DNA of 64,000 bases, from assembly GCA_965178125.1 (NCBI GenBank), contig OZ237767.1, positions 124,001 through 188,000 on the forward strand, given 5' to 3'. Source of the stretch: Bilabrum cf. latius (lineage: Eukaryota). A model generated the notes under the pieces. It was given only the letters and a program-made list of their open reading frames with translations, had not been told where the DNA came from and did not search any database. The position numbers were made by a program, and so were the translations under genes. The first letter of the stretch is position 1. Every line of letters begins with the position of its first letter. This document shows, in pieces, positions 1-12,600 of the stretch.

Positions 1-740
1 TCAAGGCAAGCAGCGATCCAGGGATCAGCTGCACCGCGAGGCTCTCGTGCTGAGCCAGCACGAGGCCAGTACATGGCCGAGCCAATCAAGGCAAGCAGCG
101 ATCCAGGGATCAGCTGCACCGCGAGGCCAGTACATGGCCGAGCCAATCAAGGCAAGCAGCGATCCAGGGATCAGCTGCACCGCGAGGTCAGTACGTGGCC
201 GAGCCAATCAAGGCAAGCAGCGATCCAGGGATCAGCTGCATTGCGAGGCCGGTACATGGCCGAGCCAATCAAGGCAAGCAGCGATCCAGGGATCAGCTGT
301 ACTTTGAGGCCAGTACATGGCCGAGGCAATCAAGGCAAGCAGCGATCCAGGGATCAGCTGTACTTTGAGGCCAGTACATGGCCGAGCCAATCAAGGCAAG
401 CAGCGATCCAGGGATCAGCTGCACCGCGAGGCCAGTACGTGGCTGAGCCAATCAAGGCAAGCAGCGATCCAGGGATCAGCTGCACCGCGAGGCTCTCGAG
501 ACGAGCCAGCACGAGGCCAGTACATGGCCGAGCCAATCAAGGCAAGCAGCGATCCAGGGATCAGCTGCAGTGCGAGGCCAGTACATGGCCGAGCCAATCA
601 AGGCAAGCAGCGATCCAGGGATCAGCTGCACCGCTCTCGAGCCGAGCCAGCACGAGGCCGGTACATGGCCGAGTCAATCAAGGCAAGCAGCGATCCAGGG
701 ATCAGCTGCACTGTGGGGTTATCGAGCCAGCACGAGGCCA
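1..740. repeat. Tandem satellite, 61-bp unit (gaggccagtacatggccgagccaatcaaggcaagcagcgatccagggatcagctgcaccgc), about 11 copies, some with a ~20-bp insert; runs off the window start
   Basis: The unit recurs at 61, 122, 183, 244 and onward. Variants carry an extra gctctcgagacgagccagcac-like segment. There are no unique spacers. Confidence 0.95.
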
Positions 741-1261
741 TCATGCGATGGGTGAGGAGCGTAGGTCCGTGATCGGGTGTTGCCGATTGGTGGAGCGTAT
801 GCTTGATAGCCTTTCGCAGCGGATGCTTGCTGCACAAGACCCTTGGCGTTTCCCGGGACTGGGCCAGCGACCGCGTGGCATGCGGCCCGGTTGCAGACCG
901 CATTCCCGTTATGGTGCGTCCCGCATTGGCGGACCCAGGGTCCAAACAAGCGCCTGATACATTTTTGACATGACCGAACGTTTCTGTGGCTAAGCGCCGT
1001 GCCAGGTGCGCAGGGTGCGACAAAAGGGGGTAAGCAACCCCAGCCGCCCAACAGAGGAATTATTTACACGCTATCATAGCGGTATTTGAACCCGAGGTTC
1101 AGCGGCTGGCACCGTGGTAGGCGCACAGCCGGGCTACGGACCGGCACGGCCCGATAGCTCAGAAATGTGTCTTGTAGGTAAGAGTGGCACGAATGGTCCG
1201 GCGTGCTTGGCTCGGAAAACCATGCAACGCCAAACGCATGCTGAAGTCAAAATAACCCGAC

Positions 1262-1642
1262 CCATCCTAGTACGGACAGGGGCACAGCGGCCAGGGAACC
1301 TCGGGGCTAAGCGCGCCCATGCAGGGAGTCGAGCAGGGAGGCTGGGAGTCGAGTCTAGCATGACTCCTCCACAAACCATCACCACAAGAACACCATTTCT
1401 AGAAAATAGAACCCAATCCATCCTAGCACGGACAGGGGCACAGCGGCCAGGGAACCTCGGGGCTAAGCGCGCCCATGCAGGGAGTCGAGCAGGGAGGCTG
1501 GGAGTCGAGTCTAGCATGACTCCTCCACAAACCAGCACCACAAGAACACCCATCCAAAAATAAGTAGAAATAGAACCCAATCCATCCTAGCACGGACAGG
1601 GGCACAGCGGCCAGGGAACCACGGGGCTAAGCGCGCCCATGC
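1262..1642. repeat. Direct tandem repeat, ~156-164-bp unit, two full copies and one partial
   Basis: ccatcctag(t/c)acggacaggggcacagcggccagggaacc starts at about 1262, 1418 and 1582. Confidence 0.9.
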
Positions 1643-4600
1643 GAAAGCGGAGCACAGAGCTACTGAAACACACGCAATCTCGGCCCGCAGGGCCGAGCAC
1701 AAACAGACAACCCAAGATTAATGAAGGCGAAGGGAATACACACGACATGTTGACCCCCATGCCTTACCTTTGTACGGCTGGGGTCTGCTGTATTTACGAA
1801 GGAGTGGGGCGCGCAGGGTTAGTGCCTGCGTAAAGTAACGTGCCATTCCCTCTAGAATGCAATATAGCCTACAGCGATAAGCACCTCTGCCGCGGTCCAT
1901 GTAGATGAATCGGTCGTTTTACTGCATCAATGCGTTTAACTACTATATTTGTATCGATTAGCTCCAGGAATCGATTCAGGGTTGTCGAATTCGGTCAGGT
2001 GCCGCCGACCGCACCCGAGAAGCCCCTCTTGTACGACTGTGTGAAATTGTCTATAGGCCACAATCTCAGAGCGGAAGTAAATTGTAATAAGTATTGCCGT
2101 GGGGGGATTATCAGGCCCTAGTACCATGCAGGTATTGCGCACTGGCCCTCTCCAGCTAGCTCGTCCAAACGCGCTTGCGGCCGTCTGCAGGCGCCCACAG
2201 CGGCTGCGTCCGCATGCGCATGAGTGGAGCCTGTTTTGCAATCGTATATCTATCACATGAACCGCATGGGCGCCCCCGACCGGGCGAACGAGTGCGAGGC
2301 TTTCCCCAAACGGCCCCGCAAGCTCGATGCGGCCCTGGCAAGCCGCGCCAGGCCGTCGCTCCCGCGCCCCCCAGAGCCGGCATGGCGCTCAGTGGCCTCA
2401 ATCTAGGTTTAGCAGCAAGGGGGGCTTCTTCCCTTAGATCGTGTCGAGCGCCTAGAGCTGCTTGCTGGCCAACACAGCCGCCGCCGTGGCCGCCCGAGGC
2501 TCGTCCTCCGCGTCTTCCCCCTCGGCATTGATATTCGCCTCGGAATCGGGAATTTTCTCGCGAGTCGTATCGGGGGCGGTTTCGCTGCCGTTTTCAAATT
2601 CCTCCATCGTGGCCGCCGCGCCCTACTCCTCCTTGTCGCCCCCGTCGTAGCGCCCCCCCCCCCGGCCCTCCGCTATGGTTCTCGCAAATTGTGTCTGGGT
2701 ATTCCACTGCCTATCGCGAGAGCACCCTCATTCGGGCAGATCTGCGAGAGGACCAGCGCATGGGGTCGGACCGCTTCGAGGCGTCCGCTGGGTCGTACTC
2801 GTCCTCGCAGGACCCACCACATGCCTTGCCCGCCACGGCTAGTCGCCCAATGCTCCCGCGACGACAAGTCTAGATCCGCAGGCCCATCACCACGGTACCC
2901 ACCAGATCCTGCTGGAGGACTGCCGTGCGACGCGCGCCGCTGCCCGCCTCTTCTGCCCCTTCATCGCTGACAGTAGCAAAAACTTGGGCACTTTGCTGCA
3001 CACTGAGTACTGAGGTTGGCAACGAGGCCCTGATCGCTCAATTTCGGCTCTCCGCCAGATGGACAGGTCGAGAGCGGGACACAGAGTGCAATATACCAGG
3101 GGGAAATGAGCCATTAAAGCACGTCATGTCCAAGTCAGCCATGCACACTCAGAGAACCTGTATATTTGGCTTGCGGGGGGCTCCCGGGGCTCTGATCAGG
3201 AAGTCACGTTCCGACGTTTGCCTAATCCAGTTTGAGGAAAATTAGGACAAAAGTGCTTGCAATCTAAGATGACTGAACACGAAAAGAAAATGGGACGAGT
3301 ACACTGTCTGGAACTTCGCTGCAGCGTGCGTGGGAGCGGAGACAAGCACCGTTTGGCCGGCCGAGGCAGCTCGGTCCCCCGTGCGGCCACCTGCCAAACA
3401 TGGCTTCGCGCGCAAACGTGCGAACACGATTATAAAACTAAATTAACTCATGTTGTCGCAAAATAATCACCATAACCCCATCGTGGACTGACCTGGAGTG
3501 CTGCAACGACAGATTCCTGTGCGGGGCCGCCAAATTAGGTTCCGTCGGAAGGTTCTTAGCTGAACTCCGAAATCGCCGATTGGGCCCTCCTCGCGGGGCC
3601 TTGTACAAAGTACCAGTAAGCATTTTTGAGTATATGATGACCTATATCAATAAATATTAGGTTTTTTATCATGATTTTGTGGTCTAATTTTGCCAGAAAC
3701 ATCTAGAAGACGAGATATCTGGGCCCAAAGAGAACTGTTTTGGCCTCGACCGCCGAATCTGGAGCGAACCTCTGGTGGCAGGCGGCATAGCTGAACTCCC
3801 ATTGTTCGCCCCCTTTCTTGTCTGTTTATGGGATTAAGCCTCCAATTTTCACAAATTTATTAGATATAGGGTTAATTATTCATGTCAGCAATTGTTGATA
3901 CTTATACGGTGGTCGGAGCCCATCCACATTCCTTGCCCGGTCAGTCAGAATGCGCCGCCGCTTTCCGGGTCGATCCACGACCTTACTATCCGCTTTCTTG
4001 CCCCATGCAACACAACCACAATAATTTCCTTCTATTGGCTTGTATTACTTTCCCCCGCTTTCAGCTCGATCGACCTAGTCGGTGTCCAGCTCATTTTATC
4101 ACGCACGGCTCTTCAGTGCCTGGACCATTGCGCGCTGCCCCAACAGCTCTGCCTCGACCTTTTCACGCGGTTCAATGCTGCACGCTTTCCTTTCCTCTCA
4201 CACTCAATCTGTTTGCGCAGCTCCTTCATCTACCAGTCATTAAATGCCTTTTTGCCCTCTTTCGATGCCGAATTCGCCTGCTTCTGTTAGCCCTCTCCTG
4301 GATCGCTTTCCGCTCGCTCAATACAGTACTCTTTGCCGCGTATAACTCAAAACCCCCCTTATCTTCCATTTTTGGGGGAGAGCTAGCGCGGTTCATGAAG
4401 TGCCGCGCACCCTCTGCCGCCGTCAATGCAGTAGCGATGGCACCAGCCTGCATCGTCTGAACATCATCCCACGTAGCTCATCTGCTCCTCTGAAGAACAT
4501 AATAGCTTGAGTCCGCCTGGATACACTTTATAATGCTACTGCCTCACTCAGGAAGTGACCAGAATTCAGACTAGCACCCAGATCGCCCAATTTCACCCTG

Positions 4601-5125
4601 AGGCCTGCCCTACCTCCCGGTGCCTTGGCTGTCGATCCGGGCCGTGGGGTAGTCCTGCTGGCATGCTTCCCGCTGACGTTGGATGAACAACTGCTTGATA
4701 AAGTGATGGGTAGCCTTTATATCTACCCCATATCGCCTCTTTGCCCATGATTGTATTAAATAAGCTGACGAAGCTACGCGGAGGTTGGGTTCTGGGTCCC
4801 AGAGTTGAGTCGGTGCGTCTGGATCTCGACCACCTCTAGCTGCCGCCTTACACGCAGCGCCTCTCGGGCGCTTTTGAGCGCCTTCCGAACCTTGCCAATC
4901 GCCTCCGCCTCACCTTTCTCCTGCTTGTTCTTGAGCCGCCTGGACGTGGTCGCGACGTTCTGCTTGGCCTCCCGGTCGCACGGAGCACCAGCTTGAGTAT
5001 CTCGAACACTCTCACTCCGTCTAGTTCAACAGTCTATCCGCTCCTTGCTACTTGTCCCCGATAGGCTTGGTACCAGCCAAGCTGCAGCCACATCCTGCTG
5101 ACCAGCAGCACTGGAACAGCAGGGG

Positions 5126-5177
5126 GAGTCGGAGTCGGAGGAGGAGTCGGAGTCGGAGTCGGAGTCGGAGGAGGAGC
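5126..5177. repeat. (GAGTCG)n/(GAG)n microsatellite
   Basis: gagtcggagtcggaggaggagtcggagtcggagtcggagtcggaggaggag is directly visible. Confidence 0.85.
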
Positions 5178-6098
5178 AGTTAACACCCTTCAGACATGTC
5201 CTGCTCTCCGGTAGCCCTCAGTTGCGCGATGGCATGTCCCTACAACCTGTGGCCTCCGCTGCGGCTGCAGCAACACTTGCTTCGGCAGCTGCGGCTTGCT
5301 CTCTCTCCCTCTTTGTCACTTTCTCGCCAGCCTAGAATATAAGTATACTCATGGTTGTTAATTAAGCGCCTCTCACGATCAGGAGGAAAGTAGCAGTCTG
5401 TTCCAGTCCGGCCGGTTCCCGTACACGTAGGACAGCTCCTTCCCGCAGATGACCGCGTCCACCGAGCGGTACGGTTGCAGTATAGTCAGATTAAAACTGA
5501 ATCCTAGATCTATACTTTCCTTGCCAATGTTTACCCGGCCGGTCATTGGTTACACAGTGGTGACCATGCCCAGCCCGGCCGTTGTGAGGGCCGTGAACCA
5601 TAGTGAGGCACATACCGTCTCGACAGACAGTTTCGGCTGCCCTTTCCAAAAATTGCGAATCTCTATATGCATGGATGCCCAATGAGGCTGCAGGATGAGA
5701 TCCTCGCACCATTTCTGCGTCACTTCGAACAGACGTACACCTTCGACATGGGCCTCGGCTGCCGCCACAACTCGCCTCAACTTAGGATCTCTCGTGCCTA
5801 CACAGGCAAAGAATTTTTAAAATACTGTTTATTGTTGTAGCAAAGTTGGACTTCCAATTAATTCGAAATTCATGGAGGTATTCGGTGATGAAGTCAGAGT
5901 TCAGCTATGCCGCCTGCCACCACCGAAAGTTCAGCTATGAACCTTCAGACGGTTCCGCAACTTGAAAGTTATGCGCGCGGCGGTGGCGGCACGCGGCGCC
6001 ACCGCAGGGTTGTTGCGAGTGGAGTCGAGCGTAGGCCACACGCAGAGCCGTTTTTTCTGTGTTTATCCTACGTATAGTCTTACTGGATACGTGTAGAT

Positions 6099-9000
6099 AT
6101 GGCAGATGTCCAATCAGCATCTTTCGTGTCTCCCAAAAACCAGCTGTTTGACCGAGAAAAGCCGAGGTGAGTGCCACGGTGACACACGCAGTTGAGCGTG
6201 AATCCTTCGCATGGCTTCTAGGTTGGCTCCATTACTTTGGAATACGTATACAATACGTATGATCTGTACTTTCACGAGGGCACACGCGATATTTTACGAG
6301 TGCATGATGAGGGATTGGTCCCAGCCAATCACCTGACATTTTCTGTTTTGACCTTTCCCGCAGCAACAGCACCATCACGGTGAAGGTAGAAGGAGCAAGC
6401 GCTGTTCGCCTCGCAAGCTCTACGAAAGAAGACGGGAAGTCCAAGCGGAAGGCCGCCGGGTGTTGGGGCACTTGGTGGTGCCTCGTGCTTGGAGCAGGTG
6501 TGCTCGCGCTCGCGCTCGCGCTCGGAATCACCCTCTTCTTCGTGCTGGGCCAGGGAGCAGATGAAGACGCACCCATAGGCGACACCTCCGCTGCACCGCT
6601 GCAAGGTGCATCTGGAGGAGCTGGCCTCGACGGGGTCCGCAACGTCTCAGATGCCTTCAGCCAGTGCGCCGGTCACGGCCAACGGTCGCTCGTCGACGCC
6701 GCCTTGGACGACCAGTACCAGGGCTTCACGGTGGCGTCGTTCGGATTCAATGCCACGGGCATCGACACATCCACGCGGTGCAACGTGAGCCAGGCGATCG
6801 CCGAGGGGGCCCGCGCCCGCCTGCCCGCGCAAGGCGATGGCGGGCCGGGCCGGGACATCTTCGTGAGCCTGCTGGGCGGAGAGGGACACGGCGGGTCGGG
6901 GGTAGGTCCCACGGGTCCCCTCGTGTACACGCCCATGGTGGCCACGATGGCCGTGATGGTCTCGAGCGAGAGCGATGCGGTGGCCGTGGTGGACACGCTC
7001 GGGTCCCAGGCAGCTGGCCGGGAGCTGGTGCTGGGGCCCATCGAGCAGGCCCCGGGGCTGGGCGTCTCGGCTAGCAATGCCACTGCGGTGCCTCCTCCAC
7101 CAGCGGTGATGGAAGCGCTGCGAGCCGCCGATGAGGACGAGGAGGCTGATGATGCCGTGGGTGGCGGCGGGCAGGGCACGGCCACCCCCGGGGCGGGTCC
7201 CGTGCTGCTGGACCTGTCCCCGCTGAGGAGGCAGCAGGCCAGCGCGGCTGCTGCCGGGACTCCGCTGCCGTCAGCATCGGGTACGCCCACGCCATCGACA
7301 ACTCCTTCCACGTCTCCGGTAAGGCCTGCATTTCTTGACCGGATCTGACTGACTCTCTCTGATCGGTAGGACCTCCAGTATCGCCCAGCATAGCCTGCAA
7401 GTGCTCGTTCTCATCTATATTCCTCGCAGACTCCGAGCAACAGCCCCACGCCCAGCGTCACGGCCAGCCCCAGCAACAGCCCCACGCCCAGCGTCACGCC
7501 CAGCGTCACGCCCAGCCCCAGCAACAGCCCCACGCCCAGCGTCACGTCCAGCCCCAGCAACAGCCCCACGCCCAGCGTCACGGCCAGCCCCAGCAACAGC
7601 CCCACGCCCAGCGTCACGCCCAGCGTCACGGCCAGCCCCAGCAACAGCCCCACGCCCAGCGTCACGTCCAGCCCCAGCAACAGCCCCACGCCCAGCGTCA
7701 CGGCCAGCCCCAGCAACAGCCCCACGCCCAGCGTCACGTCCAGCCCCAGCAACAGCCCCACGCCCAGCATCACGCCCAGCGTCACGGCCAGCCCCAGCAA
7801 CAGCCCCACGCCCAGCGTCACGGCCAGCCCCACGCCCAGCATCACGGCCAGCCCCAGCAACAGCCCCACGCCCAGCATCACGGCCAGCCCCAGCAACAGC
7901 CCTACTCCAGTAAGAACTAGAACAATATCGTTGCTGTGTCGCTGGTAGCTCGCTTAGCGACTCACCACGTATCGAGTTGCAGTTCCGCAGGTCCACCCTC
8001 TGTGTATTGCGTCCTTCGTGTTGCCCTCTGTACCGTCGCAGTCCATCACACCATCCGGCACCCCCTCACCCTCGGCGACCCCCCAGTCGTGGGGCTACCT
8101 CGAGCACACGTCCAACCCAGGCCGGTTCATCCCGTACGAGTTCACGCCCATGGGAGACGAGATGTTCTTCCGGGCGACCGACATCGATTCCAACTCCGAG
8201 ACGGGTCTGTACTCGTGGGACGAATCGAGTGGCATCCAGCTGCGGGTGGATGTTGCCACGGGGGGTAGCATCCCTCAGTAGTTTACTCCCTGGGGTCAGG
8301 ACAGGCTGGTCTACTGGTCTACCGTGCAGGAGGCTGGGCAGTCGGTGATGCGAATTGTGGTGTACAACACTACCAGCGACACAGTGTACGTCGTGCCAGG
8401 CACCAACGGCGTCGGTGAGGACATGCAGGCATCCGGCACACGCATGCTGCTGGACGAGGCAGGCGGGCGCATGCTCTTCTTCGGCAAGCCCGAGGGATGG
8501 ACGGACTCGGGTGCCGTCCACCGCTGGTACTACGGAGCGTACTTCCTGTACTCCGACATGACAGTGCAGCGGGTGTTTGACATGAGCCCCTACATGATTT
8601 CTAATTCATGGCGGGATGAAGACGGCTTCATGACCATGTTCCAGGGGGACTGCTACGTGGCGCTGTCGGGGGAGACGCAGTCCGTGGTGAGGGTCAAGGC
8701 CGGCACGCACGATGTAGACGTGATATACGACTCGGGGAGGACCAGGAGCAACCTGATCATGTTCCGGCCATTGTTCGAGTTCAACAACAAGCTGTACATG
8801 GTGGACTGGAGCAACACAGACTACAAGATCCACACGTACACTGGGAACGGGACACCGACGCGGCTCTTCCCACCTTCCGGTGGTGCGGCTGATGCCCTGC
8901 GAACCATGTCCAAGCCCACCGTGCACGACGGCAAGGTGTACTTCATGGGTTCCGATGGGTCCACCTGGAACTTGTACACGTATGACGGGGCCACGACGGT

Positions 9001-9277
9001 GACGGCCGTGTCGGGGGCAAGCAGCATAGATGCGAACTACAGACACACGCAATTCCCAATCATGGATGGCGAGCTGTACTTTCCGAAGAAGCCTGCTGAC
9101 TTTGAGCTGTGGCGGGTGAGTGCATCCACCGGGAATGCCGAGCTTGTGCTGGACACGACAGGCACGGGCGGGAACTGGTTCGGCCTCGAATGGATGATGC
9201 CGTTCAAGGGATACATCTGGCACCTCACTTCGATATCATCAAATGAGGCGATGGCTTGGTGGTACAAGCTAGGCTGA
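6099..9277 (+). CDS. Type II membrane surface protein: N-terminal TM helix, Ser/Thr/Pro mucin-like stalk, C-terminal beta-propeller-like domain. Exons 6099-6166, 6364-7318, 7430-7909, 8042-9277; one in-frame TAG (8279-8281)
   Basis: Three GTRAG...CGCAG introns join the exons in phase. Hydrophobic segment WWCLVLGAGVLALALALGITLFFVLG; SVTASPSNSPTP repeats; beta-rich repeats (PYEFTPMG / PQ*FTPWG, WNLYTYDG, FELWRVS). Ends in TGA. Confidence 0.8.
7436..7909 (+). repeat. Coding minisatellite (36-bp unit, SVTASPSNSPTP) forming a mucin-like stalk exon
   Basis: agcaacagccccacgcccagcgtcacggccagcccc is repeated with variants. Confidence 0.9.
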
Positions 9278-9602
9278 GAGCAATGACGGTCGGCAGCGCC
9301 GTCTCTGTGGTCTTTCGGGCTGTCCGACCTTAGAGCGGTGCCTACTACAGTATGAAGGCGCAAGTATGGACCCCGTGCGGTCGTCTATACGCTAGTCTAT
9401 CCGTCATGTCCATTTAGAAGTGCTCGCAACTCAATTATAAAATACAGAATCGCGGCAATTATAGTTTATTGAACCTGAGCAAGATTAAGTTGATTTTGTG
9501 CAATTTTTGTATCACCCGTATTTTAAGTAGGCGTCAAGTTAGAATTAGCGCAGCGTGTAAGCGTCATAATCATCCCCCTGTCTGCCAATTGCCACGAATC
9601 AA

Positions 9603-12600
9603 ATGGAGCAATTGCACACGTGGCCTTGGCTCGGGAGAGTGATATCTTCGGTCACATGTATCGCTGTATTTTCGATATTCATGTAGACGTTACATTCAAG
9701 TATCCCTGTGAGTGCAGTAAATATTGGCAGGGATGCGTATGGGTGTCAACTGGGCAGACTTGCACTTTGAACCTGCTGTTGTACGTCTTGACTTGGTCGC
9801 AGGGAGGTGATAGCGGAGAGATCGTTGCAGAGGGGTGCAACTTTGGAGTGGCACATCCGCCTGGATATCCTCTGCAAACTCTGCTTAACTATCTCGCCTC
9901 ACGGCCAGCACTTTCTTCTATTGGTACTCCTGCGAGGCGAGCAAACCTGCTTTGTGCCGCCTTTGGGGCCGCCGCGGTGTTTTGGCTGGCCCGTGCAGGT
10001 CAACACGGTGCCAATGCAGTCCTAATGCAAGCTAGCAACGCAGGAGTCCCCTTTGGACTGGCCGTCGGCAGCGCACTCGTCACAAGTGCATGCGCCGCAT
10101 GCTGGGGCCTGGCGCCGGTGGTGTGGCGGTACAGCGCGGGAGCAGAAGTATTCGCGCTGAACAACGCGCTGTGCGCCGCGCTGCTTTGGATCGCATGCCG
10201 TGCAGTCGAGGTCACCCGAAGGATTGAGATGGAGATGGAGCAGTGGCAGGCTGGTAGAGAAGCCACAGGAGCAGGAGCAGCTGCGGGAGCAATAAGTGCT
10301 GCCGGGCAACTAGAGAGTGGTAAGGACAGCATACATCCCAACTCAAGTAAGGATTATTGGGCTGGCTCAAACACTGGGCGGGTCACCCTTGCTGAGCGAG
10401 TGGCTGGCGGATGCAACGCACTGTGGTGGCATGTCATTGGCGGTGCACTCGTCACAGGGCTGGCGCTTGCCAACCAGCAAACGGCCGTGCTGCTCGCAGC
10501 ACCCCTCGTCCTGCTGGTGGCTGGTGTGACGAGTGGGCTGCGGCTCGCGGGCGGGGCGCCCACGCTTGGCTACGCAGCTGCTGCAGGATTGGCCGGACTC
10601 TCTAGCTATGGCCTGCTCCCCTCTTCACACCTGCTCGTCGGCGTGCAGGCGGGGTCCTGGGGCAGCGTGGGGAGCATTGCAGGCTTCTTGCATCACTTCC
10701 GAAGGGCAGATTACGGCAGCCTGCAGCTGTACAGCGGCGACGATAAAGGAGCGGAAGGTCCCTTTGAGCGCACTCGGCTGATGGTTGTCGACTGGGCTGG
10801 GGAACAAGGGGCGGCCGTGGTGCTGGGGCTGGGCGTGCTGGGGGTGCTTGCGTGGGCGCTGCTGCAACTTGTTGAAATGAAAATGGAGCGGGAACGTTCC
10901 ACAGGGAACGTTGCTGGCAGTGGTTTGCACGGTCTGCCGGACTCTAGCTCGGGTGACTCTGGCACGAACCTTCTCTCCCTTGCAGAACTGCATTGGTCGG
11001 GGATGGGCGAGGATGCGTCGAGCAGAGGCCAGAAATAGAAAGGTAAGGTCAGTGATGAGTGTGGGGCGGGCTCGGGGGAGATCAAGGACGGGCCAACGGA
11101 TGTCAAAGACGACAAGCACCAGCAGCACCAGCAGCACCAGCAGCAGCAGAAGGTGACCGGTCAACCGGGTCAACCAGAGTTGGATTCAGTGCAAGGGGGG
11201 AGTGACAGGGGTGGTCTACGAAGGAGACGAACAAAACTAAAAGGTCGCAGTTTGGGAGAGCCGCACAACGGGTCTCGAACCGGGGACTCCCGCGGTGGGG
11301 AGCAGACCGGCTAGCCGCCCGCAGCACTTGCTGTCTCGATGGCGCCCCTGTTCGTGCCCTTGCCCGCCAGGTGGGCTCCTCTCCTTTTAGCGTTGGTCTT
11401 GGTCTTCTACCCCGCCGTGTTCCACTCCCTCTCAAACATGCCGCTGCAGTCTCCGCTGCTGTACGGGGTGCACCAGAGGTTCTGGATGCAGCCGCTGATG
11501 GTCGCAACGGTGCTCGGTGGGGTGGGGGCCGCTGCGGTGGCGCGGTGCATCGGTGCACTGCACTGCAATGCCAAGGGAGCCGGTCATGGCACTCGTCACA
11601 CCGCTGTTCTGTCCCTTCTGTGGCTTTTCCTCAGCGGGTGCGCCGTTCTCGGCCCACTGGTGGCACGGACGGCACCTCCAGCACTCGCCTCTGCGCTGGC
11701 GCGGCCACTGCTCGGCGCGGCGATGGACAAAACCATCCTGGGAATAGCGTCGGGCACCACCAACGAGCGCTACGCCGGAGTCCCGCCGGCCAGCCACCCG
11801 CTCGCCCTGACCGGTCCCGCGAGCCACACGGCGATTCACGCTCTGAGGGCGGACGCGTGGCCCGGACTGCTGCACCACGAGCAAGAGGACGAGGGGCTGC
11901 TGCGGGCATTCCTCAGGGAACAAATGGCCTTGCAGGACACGACAATCGACGAAGACGAAGGTGTGACGAGTGGGGTGGTGAAAGTGGCGCTCAGGCAGGA
12001 CCTGGCCATGGGGCCGGGTGCAGTGCTGCAGATGCCCCTGTCGGATGCGGTGCGCAGCAAGCGGCACAGGCCGGGTCTAGGCAGGACCACGGCGCCGTGG
12101 GTGCCTCGCGGTGCCGCCTTAGGGTACCCACTGGGCTCGTCACACCCCGAAGCAGCTGCACCTGGGGACTGGTCGGGGGCAGGGCAGCGGGGGCGAAGGG
12201 TCCGCACATGGGGCGGCATGATCCGATCCTGGTTGCGACCGAGATGGAGGCAGCGTGACGAGTCGGGGAACAACGTGCTGGCGAGGTATGCCCACGCGCT
12301 GCTCGCACCGGTGCCGGCGGCCTCCGCACTCGTCACATCCTACGACATGCAGTGGACGGCGCTGCGGTACGTAACCGCGTGCGAGGGACACAGGGCCTAC
12401 GTGGGAGAACAATCATCCAGGGAACAAGGGAACCAGCCACCGGTTGTGCTTCCCCCCAGGTCAGCCCGGCCTCACCTGCTCAACGCCCCCATGATGACCT
12501 TCAAGTGGCATGAGCACTACAGGAAGGCCTACTCGAGGCTGGCCACGCCTGGGCTGCACATGTGCAAGCCGCTGACGGCGCACCACAGGGACGGCGGTTT

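Noticed and set aside
1-740. CRISPR array
   Set aside because: Units are contiguous near-identical 61-mers with no unique spacers, the context is eukaryotic, and there are no cas genes.
5390-5780. Possible SET-domain remnant on the minus strand (ICGKELSYVYG)
   Set aside because: Only one short motif, no recognisable NHSC motif, and the frame is broken by TAA/TGA.
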